Of a stretch of 64,000 nt of DNA, positions 54,401 through 61,062 are shown piece after piece. Location: positions 12,152,001-12,216,000 of the forward strand of contig CM069147.1 in the NCBI GenBank assembly GCA_035221665.1, in the 5' to 3' direction. A model generated the notes under the pieces. The model did no database searches, was not told where the DNA came from, and saw only the letters and a list, made by a program, of their open reading frames with translations. A program made the position numbers and the translations under genes. The stretch is from Okamejei kenojei (taxonomy: Eukaryota). How positions within the stretch are numbered: the first letter of the stretch is position 1; each line of letters begins with the position of its first letter.

Positions 54401-57400
54401 ACTTGAGAAAATAAATGGTAATTACGGTCCATGATTGCGTGGAGACCAGGAGATGGACTGATAAAGGTAACTTTAACATGTGAATAGGAGGAGATGAATG
54501 AAATCTGAAATACCAGAAAGAGAAAAGAAAATGAATGTGTAAATGTGAGATGCATGTCTAAATGGTTCATTATCTGAAATGATTGAATTCAGTGTTGAGC
54601 CTGGAAGGCTGCCTCACATCACGTTAGAAGATGATGTGGTTTTCGTCGAGCTAATGCAAGCTTCATCAGAACAATGATGGAGCCCAAAGTCATGTACACT
54701 AGAGTGGGGAACACAAGGAGGCAGAAAACTGGAATCTTGGATCAACCTTGCAACTGAAGAGGTATGCCAGAAAATGGTCATTCAATCTGCACCTTGTTTT
54801 TTGCCCAATAAAGTAACCAGCTAAACAGATGCATTTATTTGGTGGAAGTACATGAAGTTAATTGAAATAACTACATTTCTGCATGATTTGAAAGTAATGT
54901 TTGGGTCCAGATGCACCTTTGCCACCTTCCTTCAACAAGTAACATAATTTTAATCATTCAACTTCACTTGGTTTACACTTTATCAAAGTCATTACCCAAA
55001 GTCATATCTCTCGTTTCCCTGATCCCTGACCAGTCTGAAGAAGGGTCTCGACCCGAAACGTCGCCTATCTCCTTCGCTCCTTAGATGCTGCTGTACCCGC
55101 TGAGTTTCTCCAGCTTTTTGTGTACCCTCATTACCCTTTGTTCTCTCCACTTCTCGTCCTCTTTGCAAATATTCATTTCAATTCCAATCACACCTTCGTT
55201 TGAAAGGTTCACTTGAAACATTGACTCTAATCTCTCCAGAAATATTGCACAATGTACGATTTCTAGCATTTCTTGTTTATATTTCCTATTTCATGTACAA
55301 GCAGTACGGTATTTTACTTCTCTCCAACTCTTTCAACTTTATCCTTGCAACATGAAACATTCATCTGTTCCTTATCTATTATTGAACTTAAAATGCCATT
55401 AGTAGTCATGTAAAGAGAATGTAGAATAATTTTTCCTATGTAGGAAAGAACTGCAGATGCTGGTTTAAATCGAAGGTAGACACAAAATGTTGGAGTAACT
55501 CAGCGGGACAGGCAGCATCTCTGGAGAGAAGGAATGGGTGACGTTTCGGGTTGAGACCCTTCTTCAGATTCATTCTTCCTATTTTTGCTGATACAAATTT
55601 GGATAATACCGACTAGATTAAGAAAAATGTTGGTTCATGAATCAAAACTGATTGAATACTTGAAGTACAGAGGAAATATCATAAAATAAATAAAAAGGAG
55701 TCATGATGGTTTATCAGAATAGATTAGCAGATAGCCTGAAAGGGAATCTGAAAGTCTTTCATAAACATACAAGTAGTGAAAGGATAGTGAAAGAATACAC
55801 TTGATTAAGGATAAAAGAGCAGAACTTCTTACATGGTAGGGAACATCATTATTGTGGTAAATGAGTAATTTGCATCCATCTTCACTAAAGTAATAAGTAC
55901 TGACAATTATTTGGTAAAAGGGAATATATTAAACCAGTGACATTTAGAAGATTGGCAGATCTTAAATAAGAAAAGTCACTCATTATGGAAGGAGTGATTG
56001 AAATTGCTCACAATCTTTTAATGTTTCTTTGAAATGGGAAGGATGCCAGAGAACTGGAAGAATACAAATGTTAAACCCATGTTTAGAATAAGAGAGAGCG
56101 ATAAACCTGGTGACCACAAAACAGTTATACAACAATGGTAGTGTGGATACTTTGAAATAATAATTGAGGACAAAAATTAATTGGCACCATGAAAAAGTAT
56201 TAATAAATGAAAGCCAACATGGATTTCTTAAGTAGAAGGGTCTTGACCCGAAACATCACCCATTCCTTCTCTCCAGAGATGCTGCCTGTCCCGCTGAGTT
56301 ACTCCAGCATTTTGTGCCTACGGATTTCTTAAAGCCTCTTGATGTATATATGACGATGAATTCTTCAAAGTAATCGAGGATCCTGATGATGGTGCTGTGA
56401 TTAATGTTACGAATACGGACTTTCAAAAATCATGTTATAAACTACCACATCAGAGATTTATTAGACCAATTAAAGCATGTGGGAGTAAAAGAGAAATGTT
56501 TGTGTGATTGGCACAGGTACCGACTGCAAGTAGTATTATGTGGCTATTTGTGAGACAAAGAGCAGTATTCTGTAATATTTACACAGGTCAACTTTGAAAC
56601 CATTATTTTTGAGCTGGACAGTATTACTAAGGACAAAACTTCCAAGTTTTCATGTGGCATGAAACTTGGAAATGTAGTAAGCAATAGGGAGAGGAGAGTA
56701 ATGTTTCAGTCTCATACAAGAAACAAAATCTAGAATAAATAACTACTATGCAGAACACCTCCATATGTATAGTCTGCACGAAAGACTACGTTTCCAGTTG
56801 TCTGTTTAATCCTCTTTCTCACTCCCATTCTGACCTCTTGATCATTGGCCTCCAATACTTTTCCAACAAAGGTCATCAGAAGTTTGACCACTTCACATTA
56901 AATTGAACAATTTCAGATCATCAGTCATTCATAGATAGGAGTCTATATAACACAGGCAAAGGCCCTTCAGCCCACGATGACCCATGCTGGTCATTCAGTA
57001 CATATCAAATGTGATTGGAAAATGTAGATTGATGTTGCATGTTAACCAATCACACATCAGCCAGCATCTCTAAATCCACCCCACTGTAATACTTATACTA
57101 ACACTATTTCCCAGCACGGACAGTGGGAGCAGCCAGGATGTACTAACAAACTAATCAACCTTCATGCTGTTAAGTTTCAGTGCTGATTAAAGATGTATTT
57201 GAATCACGTACTGAGTCTGGAGGTCGTTTAAAGAAAATGAATCACTCTTTCGAGCACTTGGCCCACAGCTTGTCATACCTTGGCAATTCCAGTGCTGGTC
57301 TATATACAACATAATATTCTGATTGTCACTGCCTCCACCACCCTTTCAATCTGTTTTTCTAAGCTACAGAAGGCAAATTCTGAATCTGACTGGCCAGGCC

Positions 57401-59051
57401 ACATGACTTGCTTCTTCATAATACCCGCATTAAAATGCATTAACAATAAGGAACTAAGAACAGGGAATAATGTTTGATCTTGTAAAATTATGATTAATTA
57501 TTATCCACATCTTTGTCATTCATTTATTTCAGTAATCTGTATCTAACATAGAAACATAGAAAATAGGTGCAGGAGTAGGCTATTCAGCCCTTTGAGTCAG
57601 CACCATCATTCAATTTGATCATGGCTGATCATCCAAAATCAGAACCCCGTTCTTGCTTTCTCCCCATATCCCCTGATTCCATTAGCCCCAAGAGCTCTAC
57701 CTAACTCTCTCTTTAATACATCAGTTTTGCGAGTTTGTGCAAGTGTTTGCAAATGTAAATAAAGTACAACCTGGTTCTGGATGATCGACTTCTTGGTAGA
57801 AGAACAGGAGGCTTTGCCTGCCACCAACAATGAAAAAAATATCAATCTGTTCCAGCTGAAAAAGATGAACATTTATTTTGTAATCAGTATTATTATTTTT
57901 GAACTAAACGAAGTTCCCTGTTTTCTCTTCTCTCTAACCGTTCACACCATGCATCATCAATATCTGAGAATCAAACAATCTTATCTTGGCAATATGATGG
58001 CAAAAAACAGTTGCATCCCATCTCTGTAAATACACATTAATCTGCATTTAGTAACAATCCCTATCCTAACTTCCCCATCCCCTACTAAAAGTATATTATT
58101 AAAATTTGTGCACCCAAATATTAGCAACTGTTTGTTCTTGTACTTCAGTCGGGCGGCACAGTTGCGCAGCGGTAGAGTTGCTGCCTTATAACACCGGACT
58201 AGAGTTTGATGCTGACTATATAGTAGGTTCTGTCTGTATGGTGTTTGTATGTTCTCAAAGTAACTGCGTGGGTTTTCTCCGGGTGCTCCGGTTTCCTCGC
58301 ACACTCCAAAGATGTACAGGCTTGTAGGTTAATTGGCTTTGATAAAAATTGTTAATTGTTGCATGTGTGTAGGATGGTGCTCGAAGATTGGGAGATCACT
58401 TGTGGATTCATGCCCACCAGTGACAATGGCCAGACAAATCTAAACTAATTTTAGTCAAAATAAGGCAATAGACGAGAATACACAGAGTGCCGGAATAGCT
58501 CAGTGGGTCAAGCAGAATCTCAGAACATGGATAGGTGATGAGGAAAGGGCACAGAGGAGGTTTACCAAAATTATGTCTGCATTAATGGGTATTAGCTGCA
58601 GGATGAGGTTGGATAGATTTGGATTGTCGCGCCGGAGAGAGACCTGATAGAAGCATATAAAATTCTGAGAGGCATCGATAACGTAGACAAACAGAATATT
58701 TTTCCCAAGATGGAAAAAATCAATCACTAGAGGGCATAGCTTTAATGCATGTTACATAGTTATGAGAACTAAATCTATTTAAAGAAGGGTCTCGACCCGA
58801 AACGTCGCCTATCTCCTTCGCTCCTCAGATGCTGCTGCACCCACTGAGTTTCTCCAGCTTTTTGTGTACCCTCTATTTAAATAATATTATGTACAGAAAA
58901 AAAGAGCCGTACTTACTTGAGATCCTTCCAGTATAGTATCTTCAATGTCAGACTTCTCCAAAGGGACACAGGTTGCCACCATATCAAAAATATATTCATG
59001 TCTGGGGTCTAACTGCAGCCGCTTAGCTTCATGTTCCTCTCTTAGTTTGTG
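3064..59051 (-). CDS. DNAH5: Dynein axonemal heavy chain 5-like, partial gene: 31 coding exons equivalent to DNAH5 exons 2-32; incomplete at both ends
   Basis: The spliced exons total 5145 nt (1715 codons) with consistent phases and AG/GT boundaries (one GC donor). Peptides such as [47 protein letters not shown] and [10 protein letters not shown] are DNAH5/DNAH8-type; the N-terminal exons resemble DNAH5. Confidence 0.93.
3640..3803 (-). CDS. DNAH5: DNAH5-like exon (eq. exon 31), 164 nt
   Basis: taacag|[54 protein letters not shown]+GG|gtaaat. Confidence 0.94.
4513..4886 (-). mobile_element. CR1/HER1-type LINE 3' fragment
   Basis: [35 protein letters not shown]; (CTATGTTT)n tail. Confidence 0.9.
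5232..5385 (-). CDS. DNAH5: DNAH5-like exon (eq. exon 30), 154 nt
   Basis: ccttag|G+[51 protein letters not shown]|gttagc. Confidence 0.94.
5421..5725 (-). mobile_element. Penelope-like element 3' end (GIY-YIG C-terminus plus hammerhead-bearing tail)
   Basis: Minus strand reads [27 protein letters not shown], followed by CTGAAGAagggtcttgacccGAAACATC at 5487-5514. Confidence 0.8.
7311..7510 (-). CDS. DNAH5: DNAH5-like exon (eq. exon 29), 200 nt
   Basis: tattag|[24 protein letters not shown]...LASLLNN+AG|gtaaga. Confidence 0.94.
9152..9392 (-). CDS. DNAH5: DNAH5-like exon (eq. exon 28), 241 nt
   Basis: tttcag|A+[24 protein letters not shown]...[11 protein letters not shown]|gtgtgt. Confidence 0.94.
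11602..11840 (-). CDS. DNAH5: DNAH5-like exon (eq. exon 27), 239 nt
   Basis: tttcag|[26 protein letters not shown]...[10 protein letters not shown]+AG|gttaac. Confidence 0.94.
12270..12631 (+). mobile_element. CR1/HER1-type LINE 3' fragment
   Basis: [37 protein letters not shown]; (CTATTGT)n tail. Confidence 0.9.
13275..13337 (-). CDS. DNAH5: DNAH5-like exon (eq. exon 26), 63 nt
   Basis: cattag|[21 protein letters not shown]|gtaaaa (cf. human [21 protein letters not shown]). Confidence 0.9.
14119..14337 (-). CDS. DNAH5: DNAH5-like exon (eq. exon 25), 219 nt
   Basis: tcgcag|[31 protein letters not shown]...FFQDYEK|gtattg. Confidence 0.93.
14531..14564 (-). ncRNA. Minimal hammerhead ribozyme motif (intact core) in PLE tail 14468-14600
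   Basis: Minus strand agtCTGAAGAagggtcccgacccGAAACGTCacc: CUGANGA box, stem II, GAAA, palindromic ACGU stem III, GUC site. Confidence 0.7.
15085..15822 (+). mobile_element. GC/CpG-rich non-autonomous retroelement ending AATAAA-(GATTCT)n
   Basis: Sharp GC-rich island with poly-G at 15192-15212; ends gaataaagtgtgattctgattctga. Confidence 0.55.
16461..16785. mobile_element. Fold-back pair of PLE tails flanked by a 16-bp target-site duplication
   Basis: gagttctgtttctatg at 16461-16476 and 16770-16785; the arms are reverse complements and each has a hammerhead-like core. Confidence 0.8.
17341..17576 (-). CDS. DNAH5: DNAH5-like exon (eq. exon 24), 236 nt
   Basis: aaacag|..[14 protein letters not shown]...[12 protein letters not shown]...QIGPIE|gtagga. 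Confidence 0.93.
17927..18128 (-). CDS. DNAH5: DNAH5-like exon (eq. exon 23), 202 nt
   Basis: tcctag|[21 protein letters not shown]...CPFALYA+G|gtatat. Confidence 0.92.
18428..18850 (-). mobile_element. Two adjacent or nested CR1 LINE 3' fragments
   Basis: [18 protein letters not shown] fragment (18430-18690) plus a second CR1 3' UTR (18690-18850). Confidence 0.75.
19010..19110 (+). mobile_element. PLE tail with mutated hammerhead core
   Basis: cagaagaagggtctcgaccaaaaacgtcacc...cgctgagttactccagc. Confidence 0.7.
20044..20162 (-). CDS. DNAH5: DNAH5-like exon (eq. exon 22), 119 nt
   Basis: tttcag|..[39 protein letters not shown]|gtaagc. Confidence 0.88.
20860..21396 (+). mobile_element. CR1/HER1-type LINE 3' fragment
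   Basis: [10 protein letters not shown]...[12 protein letters not shown]...RTRGHSLRI; (CTATTGT)n tail. Confidence 0.9.
22142..22244 (-). CDS. DNAH5: DNAH5-like exon (eq. exon 21, poorly conserved), 103 nt
   Basis: taacag|[34 protein letters not shown]+G|gtaatt; bridges phase 0 to phase 1 as the neighbours require. Confidence 0.78.
22405..22715 (-). mobile_element. CR1 LINE 3' fragment
   Basis: [32 protein letters not shown]. Confidence 0.8.
22957..23144 (-). CDS. DNAH5: DNAH5-like exon (eq. exon 20), 188 nt
   Basis: ccttag|..[39 protein letters not shown]...WGKKRMTN|gtatgt. Confidence 0.88.
23195..23490 (-). mobile_element. HE1-type tRNA-derived V-SINE (a second partial copy lies at ~23645-23835)
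   Basis: Minus strand head gcagtggtagagttgctgccttacagcgccagagacccc, V-domain-like core and CR1-like tail. Confidence 0.75.
24668..24898 (-). CDS. DNAH5: DNAH5-like exon (eq. exon 19), 231 nt
   Basis: tgacag|..[11 protein letters not shown]...[32 protein letters not shown]...LYQ+G|gtatga; acceptor chosen to keep phase 1. Confidence 0.82.
25561..25755 (+). mobile_element. CR1 LINE 3' fragment
   Basis: cagaaggcagtggagg...gaagggccaatggcctactcctgcacctattttctatgtttc. Confidence 0.8.
25842..25962 (-). CDS. DNAH5: DNAH5-like exon (eq. exon 18), 121 nt
   Basis: taacag|[40 protein letters not shown]+G|gtacag. Confidence 0.88.
27273..28221. mobile_element. Probable non-autonomous DNA transposon (hAT-like termini) with (CT)n and a GC-rich internal segment
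   Basis: Left catggatggaaatc versus reverse complement of right end caggggtggaaatc; subterminal G/C runs; no clear TSD. Confidence 0.5.
28342..28487 (-). CDS. DNAH5: DNAH5-like exon (eq. exon 17), 146 nt
   Basis: ccacag|..[48 protein letters not shown]|gtaact. Confidence 0.92.
28830..29490 (-). mobile_element. Deu-domain SINE (SacSINE1/AmnSINE1-like), interrupted by a + strand CR1 fragment at 29187-29396
   Basis: Minus strand tgcagtgctgagggagtgct...cctggccagt...gtggaaccttgctgt...aaattggc; CR1 insert flanked by tgcatt at 29181-29186 and 29397-29402. Confidence 0.7.
29536..29707 (-). CDS. DNAH5: DNAH5-like exon (eq. exon 16), 172 nt
   Basis: tttcag|[57 protein letters not shown]+G|gtaatg. 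Confidence 0.92.
29845..30104. mobile_element. Possible Tc1/mariner (Tigger-like) MITE remnant
   Basis: Right end acgcaagttggggagtacctg-TA resembles a Tigger-type TIR; the left TIR was not found. Confidence 0.35.
30865..31058. mobile_element. Fold-back pair of PLE tails
   Basis: agacacaa..gagtaactcagtgggtcaggcag / ctgcctgatcccactgagttactcc..gtgtcttt. Confidence 0.7.
31060..31480 (+). mobile_element. Rex1/Babar-type LINE 3' fragment, decayed
   Basis: [29 protein letters not shown]; poly-C insertion at 31113-31131. Confidence 0.6.
33530..33736 (-). CDS. DNAH5: DNAH5-like exon (eq. exon 15), 207 nt
   Basis: tttcag|[28 protein letters not shown]...MYNKLQ|gtatga. Confidence 0.93.
34345..35085 (-). 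mobile_element. CR1/HER1-type LINE 3' fragment
   Basis: [42 protein letters not shown]. Confidence 0.9.
35680..36001 (-). CDS. DNAH5: DNAH5-like exon (eq. exon 14), 322 nt
   Basis: tttcag|G+[12 protein letters not shown]...[22 protein letters not shown]...LYHRAWMQQ|gtagac. Confidence 0.94.
36075..36265. mobile_element. Fold-back pair of PLE tails, decayed
   Basis: Minus arm gagtaactcaacaggtcagacagcatct and plus arm agtCTGAAGAagggacctgacccaaaacatc..gatgctgcctgacc. Confidence 0.65.
36653..36738 (-). CDS. DNAH5: DNAH5-like exon (eq. exon 13), 86 nt
   Basis: tgacag|[28 protein letters not shown]+AA|gtaagt. Confidence 0.9.
37005..37625 (-). mobile_element. Nested HE1-type V-SINEs (younger copy ~37093-37404 inside an older copy)
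   Basis: Two SINE heads and two tails in nested order; cactta at 37087-37092 and 37405-37410. Confidence 0.8.
39552..39659 (-). CDS. DNAH5: DNAH5-like exon (eq. exon 12), 108 nt
   Basis: tttcag|[36 protein letters not shown]|gtttgt. Confidence 0.9.
39899..40513. mobile_element. Non-autonomous DNA transposon (PIF/Harbinger-like MITE)
   Basis: TAA|gggcctgtcccacttaggcgattttttcggcgact ... agtcaccgaaaaaatcacctaagtgg (inverted; right terminus truncated); internal caacctacgac repeats. Confidence 0.65.
40787..41002 (-). CDS. DNAH5: DNAH5-like exon (eq. exon 11), 216 nt
   Basis: cattag|[36 protein letters not shown]...IANKFQ|gtaata. Confidence 0.93.
41570..41603 (-). ncRNA. Minimal hammerhead motif in short PLE tail (41525-41603)
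   Basis: Minus strand agtCTGAAGAagggtttccgcccGAAACGTT. Confidence 0.55.
41808..42050 (+). mobile_element. CR1 LINE 3' fragment
   Basis: aggaatctgaggggtaacctt...ggttgggccgaaagacctgtttcc. Confidence 0.75.
42233..42355 (-). CDS. DNAH5: DNAH5-like exon (eq. exon 10), 123 nt
   Basis: tttcag|[41 protein letters not shown]|gtaatt. Confidence 0.93.
43296..43412 (+). mobile_element. 89-bp PLE-tail insertion with 14-bp TSD
   Basis: taagcaatagtaac at 43296-43309 and 43399-43412; the insert starts at (c)tgaagaag. Confidence 0.8.
43430..43712 (+). mobile_element. Deu-domain SINE fragment
   Basis: ctcaggttgatgtaaaaga...ggtgtatcggccaaaatt...actacacttcattggctgtaaagtg...tatataaatg. Confidence 0.65.
44135..44242 (-). 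CDS. DNAH5: DNAH5-like exon (eq. exon 9), 108 nt
   Basis: ccccag|[36 protein letters not shown]|gtgaga. Confidence 0.93.
44361..44474 (-). CDS. DNAH5: DNAH5-like exon (eq. exon 8), 114 nt
   Basis: ttgcag|[38 protein letters not shown]|gtaggt. Confidence 0.93.
44963..45570 (-). mobile_element. CR1/HER1-type LINE 3' fragment (abuts an older + strand CR1 piece at 44700-44930)
   Basis: [35 protein letters not shown]; (CTATTGT)n tail. Confidence 0.9.
45941..46117 (-). CDS. DNAH5: DNAH5-like exon (eq. exon 7), 177 nt
   Basis: tttcag|[25 protein letters not shown]...AAKSKLLK|gtctga. Confidence 0.93.
46225..47760 (+). mobile_element. Rearranged Penelope-like element: inverted tail, then GIY-YIG coding pieces and 3' tail, split by an inverted duplication
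   Basis: [36 protein letters not shown] (to 46632) resumes as [33 protein letters not shown] (from ~47393); tail with ctgaagaagggtctc at ~47669. Confidence 0.75.
46637..48529. repeat. 682-bp inverted duplication (46637-47318 / 47848-48529) with 529-bp spacer
   Basis: The arms are reverse complements with about 17 substitutions counted by eye; they give the twin 106-aa ORFs on opposite strands. Confidence 0.93.
48832..48963 (-). CDS. DNAH5: DNAH5-like exon (eq. exon 6), 132 nt
   Basis: ttttag|[44 protein letters not shown]|gtcagg. Confidence 0.9.
49639..49857 (-). CDS. DNAH5: DNAH5-like exon (eq. exon 5), 219 nt
   Basis: ttttag|[28 protein letters not shown]...AAHDNLAKE|gtgagt. Confidence 0.92.
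50222..50455 (+). mobile_element. CR1 LINE 3' fragment
   Basis: gagggtggtgaatctgtggaattc...gggagaaggcaggagaatgg. Confidence 0.75.
51209..51853 (-). mobile_element. CR1/HER1-type LINE 3' fragment
   Basis: [33 protein letters not shown]; (CTATGTTT)n tail. Confidence 0.9.
52362..52650 (+). mobile_element. CR1/HER1-type LINE 3' fragment
   Basis: Same subfamily as 12270-12631; (CTATTGT)n tail. Confidence 0.85.
52655..52935 (-). mobile_element. HE1-type V-SINE
   Basis: Minus strand ggcgcagcggtagaattgctgc head and gtgggttttctctgggtgctccagtttcc core. Confidence 0.75.
53842..53999 (-). CDS. DNAH5: DNAH5-like exon (eq. exon 4), 158 nt, GC donor
   Basis: atgtag|..[52 protein letters not shown]|gcaagt. 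Confidence 0.85.
55031..55065 (+). ncRNA. Minimal hammerhead ribozyme motif (intact core) in PLE-tail insertion 54998-55127
   Basis: cagtCTGAAGAagggtctcgacccGAAACGTCgcc; insertion flanked by tcattaccc at 54989-54997 and 55128-55136. Confidence 0.72.
55537..55570 (-). ncRNA. Minimal hammerhead ribozyme motif (intact core) in PLE-tail insertion ~55440-55570
   Basis: Minus strand aatCTGAAGAagggtctcaacccGAAACGTCacc. Confidence 0.7.
55640..56700 (+). mobile_element. Old, heavily decayed CR1 LINE RT region
   Basis: Remnants of [20 protein letters not shown] and YTDFQKS motifs. Confidence 0.55.
56221..56332 (+). mobile_element. 90-bp PLE-tail insertion with 11-bp TSD inside the old CR1
   Basis: ggatttcttaa at 56221-56231 and 56322-56332; insert agaagggtcttgacccGAAACATC... 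Confidence 0.8.
57546..57728 (-). mobile_element. CR1 LINE 3' fragment
   Basis: [23 protein letters not shown]; (CTATGTTT)n tail. Confidence 0.8.
57771..57855 (-). CDS. DNAH5: DNAH5-like exon (eq. exon 3), 85 nt
   Basis: tttcag|[28 protein letters not shown]+G|gttgta. Confidence 0.88.
58151..58445 (+). mobile_element. HE1-type V-SINE
   Basis: gggcggcacagttgcgcagcggtagagttgctgcc...gcgtgggttttctccgggtgctccggtttcctc..ctccaaaga. Confidence 0.8.
58774..58881 (+). mobile_element. 88-bp PLE-tail insertion with 10-bp TSD
   Basis: tctatttaaa at 58774-58783 and 58872-58881; insert gaagggtctcgacccGAAACGTC... Confidence 0.8.
58917..59051 (-). CDS. DNAH5: DNAH5-like exon (eq. exon 2), 135 nt
   Basis: ttgcag|[45 protein letters not shown]|gtaagt. 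Confidence 0.9.
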
Positions 59052-61062
59052 CTGCAACAGAACAAACAATATGGATTTGTGATATTCTCCCTACAACGTG
59101 GCAGAACTTCCTATCTCGTATAACGGCTCTGATTAAAGCAAATATAGCAGCTCAAGAAGTGCAATAGTTTCTCCCTCGTGCAGCACTTGTACCAACAAGG
59201 CACTGTGGAGAAGGATGTTGGTTTAAATTATAGAACTTCTACATTAGGTAAACACAATTGCCTGCATGCTCTACTCACAAACCAAATGTTTCTTCATCAT
59301 CCTCAAAGAATAATTTCAAAGCTCGTGTTATGTATTTAACCTACAGCAATAAACCAGATTGCTCGTGTAAACAATACAGCTACAGGACCAATTTAAACAG
59401 AATCAATATTTTTGATTAGTTTCTAAAATGCTAATCATCAAACACAAGTTTTGATTTGACTTTTGCCTGTCTACATCGGTCTATTGCCAGTAGCACCGGT
59501 AATTCGTATATCACTGTACCTTAATTAGTACATGTGACAATAAAAAAACCTTTGAAACCGTTGAAACCTTTGTTTCCCCAGGAATGTGAGTGCTAAAAGC
59601 TGTCATGCAGCTTTTTGTGTTGGGAGTTTTTACTGACTGCACTGAGACCTGGTGTGGGTTCCATGACACCCTGTAGCTGCACACTGCTGTGCTGGAAATG
59701 GATGTTACTGCCTTTGTTACCATGGAAAGATTTCTGGGTTTGTGAGAGCTGTTCAGCCAAACCAAGAAAGGGGTTGACAGAACCATCCATCACATCCTAT
59801 AGAAGGTGATGAGCTAGACTGTCCATAGCATGACCCACACTATGTGTCGTTCCAGGGTACTGCCCTGAGCCCCACATCTCAGCGATAAGTGGCCGTACCT
59901 GTACCCTATGCCCCAGCCCATCTAACACCAAGTCTCCACATTGAATCACATGTGATGATTCATTGCCGGTGGTAGCACCAATAGATTCCCAGCACAACTG
60001 CACACACAGCCAAGAGGGCAGGAGTTCATGTCAGTCCAGGCACAGCTGCTTACAATGTTAGAATGGATGTCTTCTATTAAGAGTACATGTAGGTAGATGT
60101 GAGCATGCACCTGTGAACATTAAAACTGGAGGACCAAAGGTGAAACAGCACTGTAGTGGTAAGTATGGTAAGTCTTGCCAACTGCCAACTTCTGACATTC
60201 AAGATCCCGAATTCAATCTAATGGAAGACACTTGTCCTCGATGACCACAATAGAAACAGGTTTGAAAATAAAAAATATATAGGGAGGCTAGAAATCTTAA
60301 AAGGTACAGGTTATTCAGTTATAAACACAACAGATTCATTCAGCAGGTTGCTTCCAGCCCAGATAACCAATAATCAACAAAGTGGAAAATCTCAATCAGT
60401 TCCTTGAACCTCAGAGCCTCGCGGAGTAAACGTGGTCTTTTTTTCTTCCAGTTGTGTCCTGCTAACTGTTGAATCCTACTAACTGCAGGTTCTCTGGTTG
60501 CATTTATTCTCCATCATTCGAATTCCATTCTTTGGTACTGTTTTTTCATCACTGCTTTTAAACTTTAACTAAGTTTCCAGCAGAATCTCTTTTTTTTTGT
60601 CATTTTGATCATGCATTTACATTTTATTATGAACCTTATATTTCTTCTGCAGATTGAGTAATTTCTGGTTTGCTCTCTCAAAGACTGAGCAAGTTCCCTC
60701 CCTAAATGTTTCCTTCAGTAAGTAGTCCTCTACAATGTTCAATCCTTTGGTCTTCCATTCTATTAATCATCATTCTGCCCCTAATTTAATTGTTTTATTT
60801 TGAAGACCATGACTTCTTCAGGTTTTATATGCTCATTCCATCCCAAGTTGTTTATCCGCTTCAAATATTATATTAATACCCTTGCCCTTCATAGTCTGAA
60901 AGCTTTAAACATAATTCTGTTCCAGCACATTCTTTACAGTTGACTTTATTTTCTGTCTTAACCGACCATTGTTTCTCAACCCCACGCCACGTTAATATGT
61001 TGCATTTACTTTAATAATCTTTACAAACCAGTTCTTTATGGCAATGATATTATACACTGGGG

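Noticed and set aside
58151-58225. tRNA-like heads (also ~37330-37400, ~23420-23490, ~52870-52935)
   Set aside because: They are SINE heads continuing into V-domain and LINE-derived tails, not tRNA genes.
3064-59051. Assignment as DNAH8
   Set aside because: N-terminal exons ([46 protein letters not shown]) follow DNAH5 more closely.
59580-60050. GC-richer block with several short ORFs
   Set aside because: Probably an old transposon fragment, but I could not assign it to any family or protein.
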